Origin: an uncultured Planctomycetota bacterium
Lineage (GTDB): Bacteria; Planctomycetota; Planctomycetia; Isosphaerales; Isosphaeraceae
NCBI GenBank assembly: GCA_963823665.1
Contig: CAWGMQ010000005.1
Span: 1,824,001 to 1,888,000 of the forward strand
DNA: 64,000 bases
Direction of reading: 5' to 3'
The notes under the pieces are model-generated. The model was not told the origin of the DNA. It was given only the letters and a program-made list of their open reading frames with translations, and made no database searches. Below are positions 1-10,046 of this stretch, piece after piece (positions within the stretch are counted from its first letter, which is position 1; each line of letters begins with the position of its first letter). The translations under genes were made by a program, and so were the position numbers.

Positions 1-936
1 TGCTTGGCAAAAGGTGGGTGTCTTACATTCCGCACGGAAACCTGCGCCGGCCCACCGACCGGCCTTCGCCCCAACCGCGCTGCCAGCGTTTTGTCGAGCG
101 CAACACGCTCGCTTTCCGGGGTCACGCCGGCATGCGATGAATCCCAGATCAAGCCAAGATCGTGGCCACGATCCAGGAGAGCCCGGCAGAGTGCCCGGTT
201 GACGATCGCCAGCGAATGCAGGCCATGCGGGTTCTCCTTCCCAGGCCACTCGCACTGGACCCGAATGCGTTGGATTCTCCGGAAGTGGCGGAAGCGGCGC
301 CTGCTTGCGAAGAAGGGCGACCTCTGTTCCTTCGATGTGAACGACGGGCTCAGCAAAGCCCAGGCGCTCGATCGCCTCGCGGACTTTGACCCAGGGTGTC
401 GAAGAATTGAAGTCATGCCACACCAGCCATCCAGACGGCGAGAGCGCGCTATATGCCTTCCGGCTGTCATTGAGCGCGTGTTCCAGGTCATGCCCGCCGT
501 CGATGAAGACAAAGTCAAGCGGTGCCAATCGGCCGAGGTCGTAGAGCATCGAATCCGCCTGGACGAAAAGCACCTTCCAGGCTTTACCGAAGTGGTTCGC
601 AAATTGGCCAAACTGGCCGCGCGTCGGTTGATCGACCTGTTGTTCGATTGCCCCCGGCGCTGACCGTTCCATTCCCTGAACAATTCCCAGGCTGAAAATC
701 TGGGTATCGTCGAGTGTCCAGCGCGTGAAATTCGCCGTCATGTGGCCCAATGCGGTGCCGATCTCGAGCACGCGCCGCGGCCGCGCGTAGGTCAGAAGTG
801 TGAGCACCGCGTGAGTATCGGCTTCGCGCGTGTAACCATATACGGCCCCGGCAACCGCGGCGGTGCCGAAACGGCCGGCGAATTCGGCGTGAGGCATGGT
901 TAGAAGCTGGGGCGGCGGCGGCGGTGTTGTCGACAT
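1..936 (-). CDS. Class I SAM-dependent methyltransferase (Methyltransf_24-like) fused to the start of a glycosyltransferase; runs off the window edge, 1-nt frameshift near 230
   Basis: Not in the ORF track; translated by hand from ATG 936: MSTTPPPPPQLL...RPRRVLEIGTALGHMT...LDFVFIDGGHDLEHALNDS...GWLVWHDF. After one extra C it continues VAWEGEP/HGLHSLAIVNRALCRALLDRGHDL, a GT-like N-terminus. Confidence 0.75.
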   Translation of the reverse strand, partial: MSTTPPPPPQLLTMPHAEFAGRFGTAAVAGAVYGYTREADTHAVLTLLTYARPRRVLEIGTALGHMTANFTRWTLDDTQIFSLGIVQGMERSAPGAIEQQVDQPTRGQFGQFANHFGKAWKVLFVQADSMLYDLGRLAPLDFVFIDGGHDLEHALNDSRKAYSALSPSGWLVWHDFNSSTPWVKVREAIERLGFAEPVVHIEGTEVALLRKQAPLPPLPENPTHSGPVRVAWEGEPAWPAFAGDRQPGTLPGSPGSWPRSWLDLGFIACRRDPGKRACCARQNAGSAVGAKAGRWAGAGFRAECKTPTFCQA

Positions 937-939
937 CGG

Positions 940-1083
940 TCAAGGCTCCGGGTGAGTGACTGTAAACGCGTCGAACGTCGGATGCGACCAGGGGTCTATC
1001 GCGCGGTCCTGATAGATGGAGTTGATCAACATTTCTTGCATCAACTGAAGGTACCGGTCGACGATCCCGGGCGCTTGGCTCAT
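940..1083 (-). pseudogene. N-terminal fragment of a TylF/MycF-type O-methyltransferase
   Basis: MSQAPGIVDRYLQLMQEMLINSIYQDRAIDPWSHPTFD resembles the TylF N-terminus but stops after 47 aa. Confidence 0.5.
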
Positions 1084-1110
1084 CCGTTTGTAACCCCGTA
1101 GGTGGATAGG

Positions 1111-1290
1111 CGGGCTGTGGAAAAGCTGCACTGGACCGAGCGCAGATTTCCCGGCGGGGATGGTACGCCAAGCTTCCCCCAATTTAGAAGGGGGCGCCAC
1201 CAACCTTTCCCCCCCTTGAAAAGGGGGGGCCAGGGGGGGTCTGTGCTGGCGACCGCCATCACTAAACCGTCGCGCGATAGAAAACGTCAT
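1111..1290. repeat. REP-like dispersed repeat (C-run/G-run palindrome), copy 1
   Basis: CCCCCCCTTGAAAAGGGGGGGCCAGGGGGGGT and its flanks align by eye with 3313-3426, 3533-3590 and 3640-3705. Confidence 0.7.
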
Positions 1291-1634
1291 CACGGCTCGC
1301 GTTGCTCGCGGCACAGGTAGATGTACGTTGGCTGGCCGCGCTTAACGGCCGGTTGCAGCTCGCCGGTGACGGGATCTTGCTCGACCACCAGGTACCGCGC
1401 CGGGTTGTCACGGAATCGCTCGGTGGTGCCGTCGGGCTTGGCCAGGACGTAGACGCCCGCGGCCGCGTCGTGCGTGAAGGTGAATTGCCGGGGCTCCTCT
1501 CCGATCTCGTAGGTGTAGGTCGTGGCACCTTCACCTCCGTCATCGCAGGTGTACCAGAGCATGCGTTTCCCCGGCCGATCGGTCTTGGCGGCGCCGTGGG
1601 GCGGCCGGTCGCTGTCAGGGGAATCAGAATTCAT
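1290..1634 (-). CDS. Hypothetical protein
   Basis: GGAGGA ribosome-binding site before ATG 1634; protein-like composition. Confidence 0.6.
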   Translation of the reverse strand: MNSDSPDSDRPPHGAAKTDRPGKRMLWYTCDDGGEGATTYTYEIGEEPRQFTFTHDAAAGVYVLAKPDGTTERFRDNPARYLVVEQDPVTGELQPAVKRGQPTYIYLCREQREP

Positions 1635-1866
1635 GGTTGTTCCTCCAAAGGGCACAGGCGACTCGATCAAAGTGAACATCCCTGGTGCACACTTCCTTTA
1701 CGTGTGTTCGTTTTTTTTGTGGTTAAGGATCCTCTCTGACCCAAGCCCCGCCTTCGGCGAGCGCCCAGGCTACGATTGATTGTGAATGCGCTACGCACAA
1801 ACAACCTGTAGAATCCTCTCTGTTTCCTTCGTTTCCTCCTGTTCCAAAAAAAATGGAGCCCGCGCT

Positions 1867-2271
1867 ATGCACCCGCTTTTCTCCAAAGCAAACAACCTCA
1901 CTGGTGAGGTCATTGGGGCCGCTATCGAAGTGCACCGGATCATGGGGCCGGGCTTGTTGGAGAGCATCTACGAGCGGTGCCTGGTGCGCGAGCTCGAATT
2001 GCGTGGCATTCCAGTGCGTGACCAGCAAGAAGTCATCATCGAGTACAAGGAGCTGGTGTTCACGGAGACGTTGAAGTTCGATCTGCTCGTCGACGACTGT
2101 CTTCTCGTTGAGCTCAAAGCCGTCCAGGATGTCGTACCGATCCACAAGGCACAGTTGCTCAGTTACATGAAATTACTCGACGTGCCGCTTGGTCTCTTGT
2201 TCAACTTCCACGAGATCAAGCGCTCGGACGGGGTTTCGAGGCTGATCCTGCCCGGTGCAAACCAGTCTTGA
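1867..2271 (+). CDS. GxxExxY family protein (PD-(D/E)XK nuclease-like)
   Basis: IGAAIEVHRIMGPGLLESIYERCL, DLLVDDCLLVELK, AQLLSYMKL..LGLLFNF. Confidence 0.95.
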   Translation: MHPLFSKANNLTGEVIGAAIEVHRIMGPGLLESIYERCLVRELELRGIPVRDQQEVIIEYKELVFTETLKFDLLVDDCLLVELKAVQDVVPIHKAQLLSYMKLLDVPLGLLFNFHEIKRSDGVSRLILPGANQS

Positions 2272-2370
2272 ACAGGAGGAAACAGAGTCAACGAAGGAGT
2301 GGCTCCCAGCGTGGGCGGGATTGGGGGGAAGAGTGCATCTGAACTCGCCGGGCTTCGCACAAAAGTCCTT

Positions 2371-2565
2371 CAGAATTTCCTTTGTTTCCTTCGTTCCCTC
2401 CTGTTCAAAAAAAATGGAGCCCGCGTTATGCACCCGCTTTTCGCCAGAGCAGACAAGCTCACTGGTGAGGCCGGTACCCGGTGCAAACCAGCCTTGAACA
2501 GGAGGGAACAGAGTCAACGAAGCTGTGGCTCCCAGCGTGGGCGGGGTTGGGGGGAAGAGTGCACT
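2371..2565 (+). pseudogene. Internally deleted tandem copy of the GxxExxY cassette
   Basis: 2371-2470 matches ~1809-1909 and 2477-2565 matches ~2251-2338; about 340 bp of coding core is missing; both inverted repeats are kept. Confidence 0.85.
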
Positions 2566-3171
2566 ACGGGAATATGATCGGCCGCTCGTGCTCAATTGCC
2601 ACCGCACAAAGTTCCAACAGGCATTCGAACAGGTTCGCGCCGTTCGCATCTCGGAAGCAATCGTAAAGCGACCCGGCCCCGCCGCCGTCCTCGGAGGTGC
2701 CGTTGAGGGCCTCTGCGGTCCCTTCTGATTGCATTTCGCGAAATGCGGCCGCAATCTCTAGAAGCTGCCGCCCGAACGGCCCGATGTCGTTCGGTGACCA
2801 CTCAAATGTGGTCATGCAGCCAAGTGGGTCGTGAAAGCGTTCTAGAGCGCACTTGCAACGCGACCCGGCGACAGTGTGCGCCTCCGCGACGCGTTGAAAA
2901 GCGGTCTTCATCCGTTCCGATGGCAACTCCCGAAATGCGGCCGCGATCTCCTGAAGTTCCCGCTCCAGCGCTCGGACCTCACTCGCCGGGAACCTGGTAT
3001 CGCTATCCAAAAGGCGCATCAAGGTTGGGTACCGGCCAGCGCCAGGTTACAGTCGATGGAACTGCGGAAGAACGCCAATTCGGAAAAGTCCCCGACATCA
3101 CACTCAGCCAGTTCCTCCGCCTCATGATCATCGTCGAAATCCGAGTCGAACACGCAGAGGCAATAACCCAT
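2564..3171 (-). CDS. Imm70-like polymorphic-toxin immunity protein, frameshifted near 3030
   Basis: N-terminus MGYCLCVFD...DVGDFSELAFFR, then YPTLM...ELQEIAAAFRELP, C-terminus LYDCFRDANGANLFECLLELCAVAIEHERPIIF; resembles Imm70 as recalled. Confidence 0.6.
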
Positions 3172-3312
3172 TGCAGTTCTCCTTTCGCGGATAAGCGTCC
3201 GAGATCACCAAGCGAAAAGTACGGACGATTGGTTGTTCGGTTGATGACCGATGCCCACAACTCCGGGAGCTCCCCGTTGGCATCAGTGTGGGAGTGAGGG
3301 GGGAGTGAGAAC

Positions 3313-3748
3313 CGGCCCGTTGAAAACTTGCAGTATGCGGAGCGGAGATTTCCCGCCGCGAATGTTGCGCGGAGCTTCCCCCCCTTTAGAAGGGGGGGCC
3401 AGGGGGGGTCCGTCCCGGCGGCCGCGTACTGAGAGTCGCTCGACCGCACCACTCCGACTCCTGCTCGTACTCGTACTCCTGCTCGTACTCGTACTCGTAC
3501 TCGTATTCGTACTCTTAGTCCGGCCCTCCGCTAGAAGGGGGCGTGCATTCCGGCGGCCACCATCACTAAAACGTCGCGCAACAGAAAACGCCGAATCATC
3601 GACCGCGAAATTCGCCAATACGGCCCACTTTTCATCAGCCCAGGGCCAGGGGGGGGTCCGTCCCGGCGGCCGCGATCAGAAAACCGTCGCGCAACAGAAA
3701 ACGTCGAATCCTCCGCCCCAAAATTCGCCAATACGGCCCGCTTTTCAT
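3313..3748. repeat. Cluster of REP-like/modular repeats with an embedded (CTCGTA)n tract at 3458-3516
   Basis: CCAGGGGGGGTCCGTCCCGGCGGCCGCG twice; GTCGCGCAACAGAAAACG..AAATTCGCCAATACGGCCC.CTTTTCAT twice; about 9-10 imperfect hexamer units. Confidence 0.8.
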
Positions 3749-4078
3749 TCGCCCAGAGTGAGACACCCAATCTCTGGAGTGCGCTCCGGGCGAAGCCAGG
3801 CACACGTGACTCGCAGCGGCGCGCGCCCCGCGATTTCTGGGTGCGTCGCGGCCGACGCCGCGCACAGCCGGCGCTGCGCCACGCACGGTCAGCGACTGGG
3901 TGCGCCCGGGTACGTGGCCGGCGCTTGCACGCGTCGGTTGCTGCGAACCGCCCAGTATGGACGCTGGTGCGTCTCGCTAGCCGCGCCGGCGAAGGAAACG
4001 ACGCTGGCCGGCCTCGAATCCAATCGAATTCCAGGTCGGCCGCTGCGACCAGAGCTCGCGAGAGCGTGAGCGAGCCGG

Positions 4079-4625
4079 TCACTCACAGAAACGCGACTCC
4101 GCCGCCTTGCCCTGAAACCAGCGCCACGAGCAACGCGGTGCAGCGAGCACAAGCGAACTCGCCCGACCTGCCGCTCGCTTGAACATGGGACCGAAGTCGC
4201 GTACGGTGTGCACCCAATTTGGTCGATCCACACCCAGCCGACCCAGGATGGGAGTCAGGTCTTCAGGGATTGCCCCACGCTTGTCTCGCCTCCCCGGCCC
4301 GTCAAATCGAATCGTCACCTTGCGGAAAGAGCTTGCGCCAGCGCAGTGCGACTTCGGCGTCGGACCATTGTTCGACGCTGTCCGGTCGATTACGGAGCAC
4401 GAGATGCAGGTGGTTGCTCATAATGGCATAACCGCACACCTCAACGCCGAACAACCCGGCGAGAGCGCGTAGCCGATCGAGAATCCAGGCTTTACGGTGG
4501 GAGTAATCACGACCGGAGTAAGTGTCGGTCCCGCACAGGAAAGCTCTGCGGACGCAGCGAGCGATGCAGTGATAAACGCCGACGCACTCCTCGTGGACGA
4601 TGTGGCAGCGGGCAGAGGCAGGCAC
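4079..4625 (-). pseudogene. HUH/Y1 (RAYT-like) transposase, internally deleted
   Basis: YHCIARCVRRAFLCG...CGYAIMSNHLHLVLRNRPD (HUH) is joined near 4310, in another frame, to the C-terminal RDKRGAIPEDLTPILGRLG..W..VRDFG. Confidence 0.85.
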
Positions 4626-5233
4626 ATGAGGCTCCATCACCAGGCAGGTGCAGCACATTAGCGAGCATATTCACCAGAACAGTAATGGACAAAAATACCA
4701 ATGCGGGCGCGGGTGTCAAGAGTGTTGGGAAAAAACTCGGCAGCAAGGACGATTTGCTCGGAGCTAACTAGGAGTTACGACGGCCACCGCGGCGGCTGCT
4801 TCGGGACGAGCCCGATGGCGGCATCTGGACCGGGATGCCAGCTTCACATGAGATCGGTGGGTGTCTGCCATCAACATGAGATCGGTGGGTGTCTGCCATC
4901 CCCCTTCGGACGCACCGAGCAACGCAGTGATAGACACCGACGAACGCCTCTTGGACGATGTGGCGACGCGCACAGGCAGGCACGTAAAGCTCCATCACCA
5001 GGCAGGTGCAGCACGGCCGCGATAGTATTCACAAGATCAGTAATGGACAAAAATACCAATAGTGGCGCGGGTGTCAAGAGTGTTGAGAAAAAACTCGACA
5101 GCAAAGATGATTTGCTCGGAGCGAACCAGCAGTTGCGACGTCCACCACCGCCGCAGTTGCCCCGGGACGAGCCCGGTGGCGGCATTTGGACCGGGATGCC
5201 AGCTTCACATCAGATCGGTGGGTGTCTGCCATC
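4550..5233. repeat. Diverged ~320-bp direct repeat of the transposase 5' end and upstream region; three copies of ACAT(G/C)AGATCGGTGGGTGTCTGCCATC
   Basis: ~4550-4872 versus ~4908-5233; 27-mers at 4846, 4874 and 5207. Confidence 0.85.
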
Positions 5234-5398
5234 CCGAGGTAGGCCCTCTAGGGTCCGATGTCAGAAAGTCGCCGATCGATGAAGCGCACTGCCTACGCAA
5301 ACAACTCACAGCCCCCACCTTTGGTGCCTGGCCGCCTTCTTCCGCTTCTTAGCGTTGTTTCGTCTTCGCAGAAATTGGCGCCGGGCGGATTGACTTTG

Positions 5399-6007
5399 TC
5401 ATCGCTCATTGATCGCAAGTGGGAATCCGTAGCGGATTACGAGGCTGTCGAACAAAGTTCGCAAAATGATGTTGCGGACTTGCGCGTATGCAAACAGGCT
5501 AAGTACACCAATGTAGATTGGGATGGTCCGCGACGACCAAATCATGGACGCCACAGCAAGCACAGCCACTGGCGGGTCCAACCAATAAACAATCTCTGCC
5601 CATACCCAGAGGCAACCGATTGCGCAGTACTTCGTTAGATCCGAGAGCCACACAACGTAGACAAGTGAAAGCCCCGAGAGAAATGCGGCGATTTCGAACG
5701 CACGTGCAAACGTCGCGCGTGGCCAACGATCATTGACCTCGATCACGAACTTGTGGGTCTTTCCCGGAGCCAGATCCACGAGTGTCGTCAGAGGAGGGAC
5801 GGGATATTGGGTGCTCACGCGGATCGTGCGGCGCCCCGGCGCGATTTTCCACTTTTGCGAGGCTCCTTTCCGCACGTGGCTAGGGAGTTTTCCGTCAATA
5901 TCCACGACGACAAGCCGATCGACGACTAGCCAAGGCGATGCCGCTTCGCCCAGCACACTGATAACGACGTGGGAAGTCCGATGGAACTCACTGCTCCCGT
6001 AGGACAA
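5399..6007 (-). CDS. Hypothetical membrane protein; candidate cognate immunity protein for the Rhs toxin
   Basis: First same-strand ORF downstream of the Rhs gene; soluble N-half and several hydrophobic C-terminal segments; start codon uncertain. Confidence 0.5.
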   Translation of the reverse strand: MSYGSSEFHRTSHVVISVLGEAASPWLVVDRLVVVDIDGKLPSHVRKGASQKWKIAPGRRTIRVSTQYPVPPLTTLVDLAPGKTHKFVIEVNDRWPRATFARAFEIAAFLSGLSLVYVVWLSDLTKYCAIGCLWVWAEIVYWLDPPVAVLAVASMIWSSRTIPIYIGVLSLFAYAQVRNIILRTLFDSLVIRYGFPLAINER

Positions 6008-6265
6008 GTGTGCGGATCCTCCGTTTACTTACCGGACCAATTTCGGCTGGCGCAGTCGCCGCCGGTGCATAATCACAACCTTAAGTCAACTGTCGCAAGT
6101 ACACAAGCCCACTGAAGTGTCCTTCCGACTTACGTGGCTTCGCTGTGATGATCCCTCGCTCTTCGTTTTTGCTGCGGGCTGGCCGGAAGATTTGACTGAG
6201 ACGATCCGCGAGAGATCTAGGGCGTCTCCTGCTGGCTCGCGGCTCCGCTCGGATGAATACCTCCC

Positions 6266-9139
6266 TCACCAAAACCATTCGACCAAGCGGCCAAGGCAGC
6301 CTGCGGCAACTCCCCCGGCCACCGCCGCTTGACTAATAATGAAGTAATTGTAGAAGCTCGCCGTAGCAATGAGCCCGCCTGCCGCCCCAGCTCCAGCGAA
6401 CCCACCAGTGACCGCCATTAAGGCGACGTTTGTCGCTGCCTGCATCGGAGAGTGTGGAGCATCGTTAAAGTAGTATTGATATCCCTCCCAGGCTAAGCCA
6501 ACCATGGCACCGCCGACGAAACCTGGATAACCGCCGAGCATGACGACCGCACTGCTTCCGGTTTGCGCGCCAACATTCGACCCATATGTCCATCCCCACG
6601 AGGCCAACTGGCACAAAAGGTTCATGTTGTGTGCCCACACTGAGAAGCCCCATAAACGGTCACCGACGAAATAAGTGTGGTACTCTGAAACCTGGACGTT
6701 GTAGACGGGCGCGAATTGCTGGCCGATTGTAATGGCGTCAAGGGCGATCCAGTTGCCGTCATGGCTTCGGAAACGATCGCCTGGGACCAGATGTTGAGCC
6801 TCCTTCCAGCCACGACTTTCCGCCCAAAACCGGTGCGAGCTTGTCGTTCTTATCGTGCGTCCATCGACCCGCAGGTCCACCAGGCAAGCGCTGCTCTCGA
6901 AGACCCTTTCAACCCGCTGCGGCACCGCCGGTCCGAGCGGGTCGTGCTCAGGTGCCGAGAGAATCCAGTCACCGGGTCGAAACTGCTCAATCGGCTTGCT
7001 CCCGTCCGGCGTCAACAGTTGCGTGCCGGCCGCAAAGCACCCTGTCATGGCGGCGGTGGCCTCTGCCATGCAGGCCTCACCAGCCGCCGTCGAAGCGGTT
7101 CCCTCGGCGGCCATCACGGCTGCACTCTCCTCCATGAGTAAGCCTGCCCCCGTTGCGGCCGTTTCCCCAGCCGCGGCCGCGGCCGCGCCTTCGCCGGCCA
7201 TCGTCGCGGCCGCCGCTTCTATCCCACCGGCGCCCAAGGCAACCATCGACACGGCGGCGAGCGCCGCAGCCAGAGTCAGTGACGCTGCTGCCACACCAAG
7301 CGCACACGCCTGTGCGGTTTGGAGATCGGTGTCCATCGTGCTCGGGTTGGTCAGAAAGTGCCAGTAATCGCCCAACGACGGCATAGCCAGCCCCGAAACT
7401 TCATCCAATCCGCTCGGATCAGTCGCGTCCGTCGCGTTGTTGCCAGTGTAACGGTAGAGATTCGGGTCGCCGGCCCCAAAGCCTTTCGGATCTCGGATTG
7501 TGAAGTGCCCAACACCGGCTCCGTACCACCGTGCGTTGTCGTAGAACTGCGCCGTCGTCGAGTCGTATTCCATACCCGCATACGTAAATCGATCCCCGTT
7601 GCTCGCGTTCGTCTCGGTCGTGATGTTGCCGAAGCTGTCGTAGACGACGTGATTGAGCACCGACCCCGCAGAGCTCACTATGTCCCGAACCGAATCCAGC
7701 TTATCGGCCAAGTACCACGCCGTCGCCCCGCCTGAGCTTGTTCTGGCCAGCAACACATTGGCAACGATAGCATTGACCATGCCAGGCCCGGACAGATAGC
7801 GGGTTAGCAAGGCGCCCGATCCATTGAAGTCTGCGTACGGGACCGCATCCGGGTTATTGCCGTTGTAGACGGTCCAGGTCTGCGAGCCGCCCTCTTGGAT
7901 TCCGATGCGCTGGTTCAACGCGTTATAGGTATAGGTTGCGACAATCGTCCCGCCCTGTTTCACCTCGGTCAACCGATTCCGATAATCATACGTGTAGGTT
8001 GTGAAGGTGCCACCGCTGTTGGCGCTGATCATGTTGCCCGCGTTGTCGTAGGTGTAGGTGACGCCCGGCGAAGTCAGCGTCTCGTTCATCACCGTTGTCG
8101 AATATCCGGTTCCCGTTCGGTTGCCGTTGGCGTCATACGCGTAGGACTCCACCTGCGTTCCGCCCTTATACACGCTCGTGAGTTCATCGCCATTGTCATA
8201 CGTGTAAGTATATGTTCCCTCTGCATCGACCATGGTCGCAACGCGGTCGGCATTGTCATAGCTGTAGAGATATGTCGCGAGCGCCGATCCGCCCGAGACG
8301 TAATCCGTGATCGTCGTCTGCCTGTCAGACGCATCATAACTGTATGATGTATTAACCGACGTTCCGCTCCCGCCGATCGTCCGAGACTGCGCTGAAATCT
8401 GATCATTTGGCGTGTAGCTCGTGACGATTTCCGGACCAGCGGTACCGCCGTACGAGGTCGTGATTGTGGTTAGTCTCTCGCTCGCGTCATATACATATGT
8501 TTCAATTCCAACGTTGCCCGAGATGTTGTCCGCCACGCTCGTCAAGCTGTGCAGGGCATCATAACCCGCGGTCAGGGTGACGCTCGGCTGGCCACTACCA
8601 GGCCCCGATGTCGCCGATGTGATTAGGTTGCCGCCCGAGTCGTACGTGAAGGTCAACGTGGCATACGCGTCGGTGGCGCCTGTCATCTCGTTGTTCGCGT
8701 CGTACGTGTACGTGATCTTCTCAGCAGGCGAGGCGCCGACCCAGGTTTCGCCGGTTTCCTCCCCATCGGCATTATAGGAGTAGGTCGTGCGACGGCCATC
8801 GGCGTCGGTCGTATCGGTCAGTTCGCCGTCTGAGTCGTACACATAAGTGACCGTAGACCCGTTGGGCAGGGTCATCGTCGTGACACGGCCGTCGGCGTCA
8901 TAGGCCCACTGTGTTTCGTTGCCGTCCGGGTCGGTAAGGCTGGTCTCCTCGCCGGCTGCGTTGTAGGTGATCGTCGTGATTCCGCCCGTCGGGTTAACGA
9001 TTGTCGTCGCCCGGCCGAGGGCGTCGTAAAGCGTTGTGGTGGTGTGCCCCAGCGCGTCCGTGACGGTGACCGGCCTGCCGTCCTGGTCATACCCGTACAC
9101 GGTGGCGCCTGCCGACTCACTGACAGTTGTCACACGGTC
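6266..9139 (-). pseudogene. Rhs/YD-repeat polymorphic toxin, C-terminal part (Rhs core, Hint domain, hydrophobic tip)
   Basis: YD repeats; YDSFGN...YDNARWY...NLYRYTGNNATDATDPSGL; CFAAGT...VYNVQVSEYHTYFVG...WAHN. Confidence 0.92.
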
Positions 9140-9223
9140 GTAACCGTCCGGTGAAGTGCATCTTTATCCGGGCGGGGGTTGGTGTCAGGATAAGCCGGTG
9201 CCCTCACGCACCGGAGTCCACGC

Positions 9224-9619
9224 ATGTCCCGCGCTATTCCCAAATGCGATTGGTCAGCCATACTGGCTGACTTCCACCGCTCTGGTTTGACCCAAACTGA
9301 GTTTTGTCGCCGCCGTCATATCTCCGTCAGCTCCTTCCGCAGTTGGCTATACGGTCTCCGTGGCGGATTTCCTACCGCCGGCCCCTCGGAAAGCCGTCGC
9401 CCGGCGCCGGTCTCTGCCCCGGCGAGCTCCGCGCTCCCCGCCTTCCTTCCTGTGCTTGTCCGTCCCCAATCGAGGGTTTCTACGGCCGACCCCCACGTCT
9501 CCCATCCACCCGCCTCGCTCGAGCTCGTCGTGAGTGAACGACACTTCGTCCGCATTCCACCCGGCTTTGATCCGGCGACCCTTCATCAACTCCTCGACGT
9601 CCTGGAAGATCGGCCGTGA
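9224..9619 (+). CDS. tnpA: IS66 accessory protein TnpA
   Basis: W...SGLTQTEFCRR..IS.SSFRSW HTH; C-terminal VRIPPGFDPATL..LL; overlaps tnpB. Confidence 0.9.
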   Translation: MSRAIPKCDWSAILADFHRSGLTQTEFCRRRHISVSSFRSWLYGLRGGFPTAGPSESRRPAPVSAPASSALPAFLPVLVRPQSRVSTADPHVSHPPASLELVVSERHFVRIPPGFDPATLHQLLDVLEDRP

Positions 9620-9996
9620 TCAACTTCCCACCCACAGTCCGCATTTTCTTGGCCGTTGGGCCAGCGGATCTCCGGAAGGGATTCGACGGCCTCGCTGCCC
9701 TCACCTCTTCGACCATCGGCTTGGATCCCCTCTGCGGCCATCTCTTCGTCTTTCGCAATCGGCGGGGCGATCGCCTCAAGATCCTCTACTGGGACCGCGA
9801 TGGCTACGCGCTCTGGTACAAGCGGCTCGAGCGAGGCGTCTTCCGCTTCCCTCAACCCACGGCGAACCGCATCGAAGTCTCGCCGGCCGAGATGGCTGCC
9901 ATCCTCGCCGGCATCGATTTACGCACCGCGGGCCGCCAGCGACGCTACACTTTGCCGGCGCCCATCCCCATCTCGCAGGCAGATGCACTCGTATAA
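9616..9996 (+). CDS. tnpB: IS66 accessory protein TnpB
   Basis: DLRKGFDGL...LFVFRNRRGDRLKILYWDRDG.ALWYKRLERG.F. Confidence 0.97.
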   Translation: MINFPPTVRIFLAVGPADLRKGFDGLAALTSSTIGLDPLCGHLFVFRNRRGDRLKILYWDRDGYALWYKRLERGVFRFPQPTANRIEVSPAEMAAILAGIDLRTAGRQRRYTLPAPIPISQADALV

Positions 9997-10046
9997 TCTT
10001 CTGAGAATCTCTCGTCACATTGACGGCGGTCGACCGTAATAACGGT

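Noticed and set aside
4..663. 219-aa plus-strand ORF
   Set aside because: Antisense shadow of the minus-strand methyltransferase gene.
3251..4082. ORFs with LVLVLV or STSTST tracts
   Set aside because: Translations of the hexamer repeat and REP-like DNA.
4846..5233. Three 27-bp repeats as a CRISPR array
   Set aside because: Spacing is 1 nt and ~300 nt, there are no unique spacers and no cas genes; explained by transposase-end duplication.
6626..7039. Canonical splicing intein or homing element
   Set aside because: No endonuclease domain and Met at +1; fits a pretoxin Hint domain.
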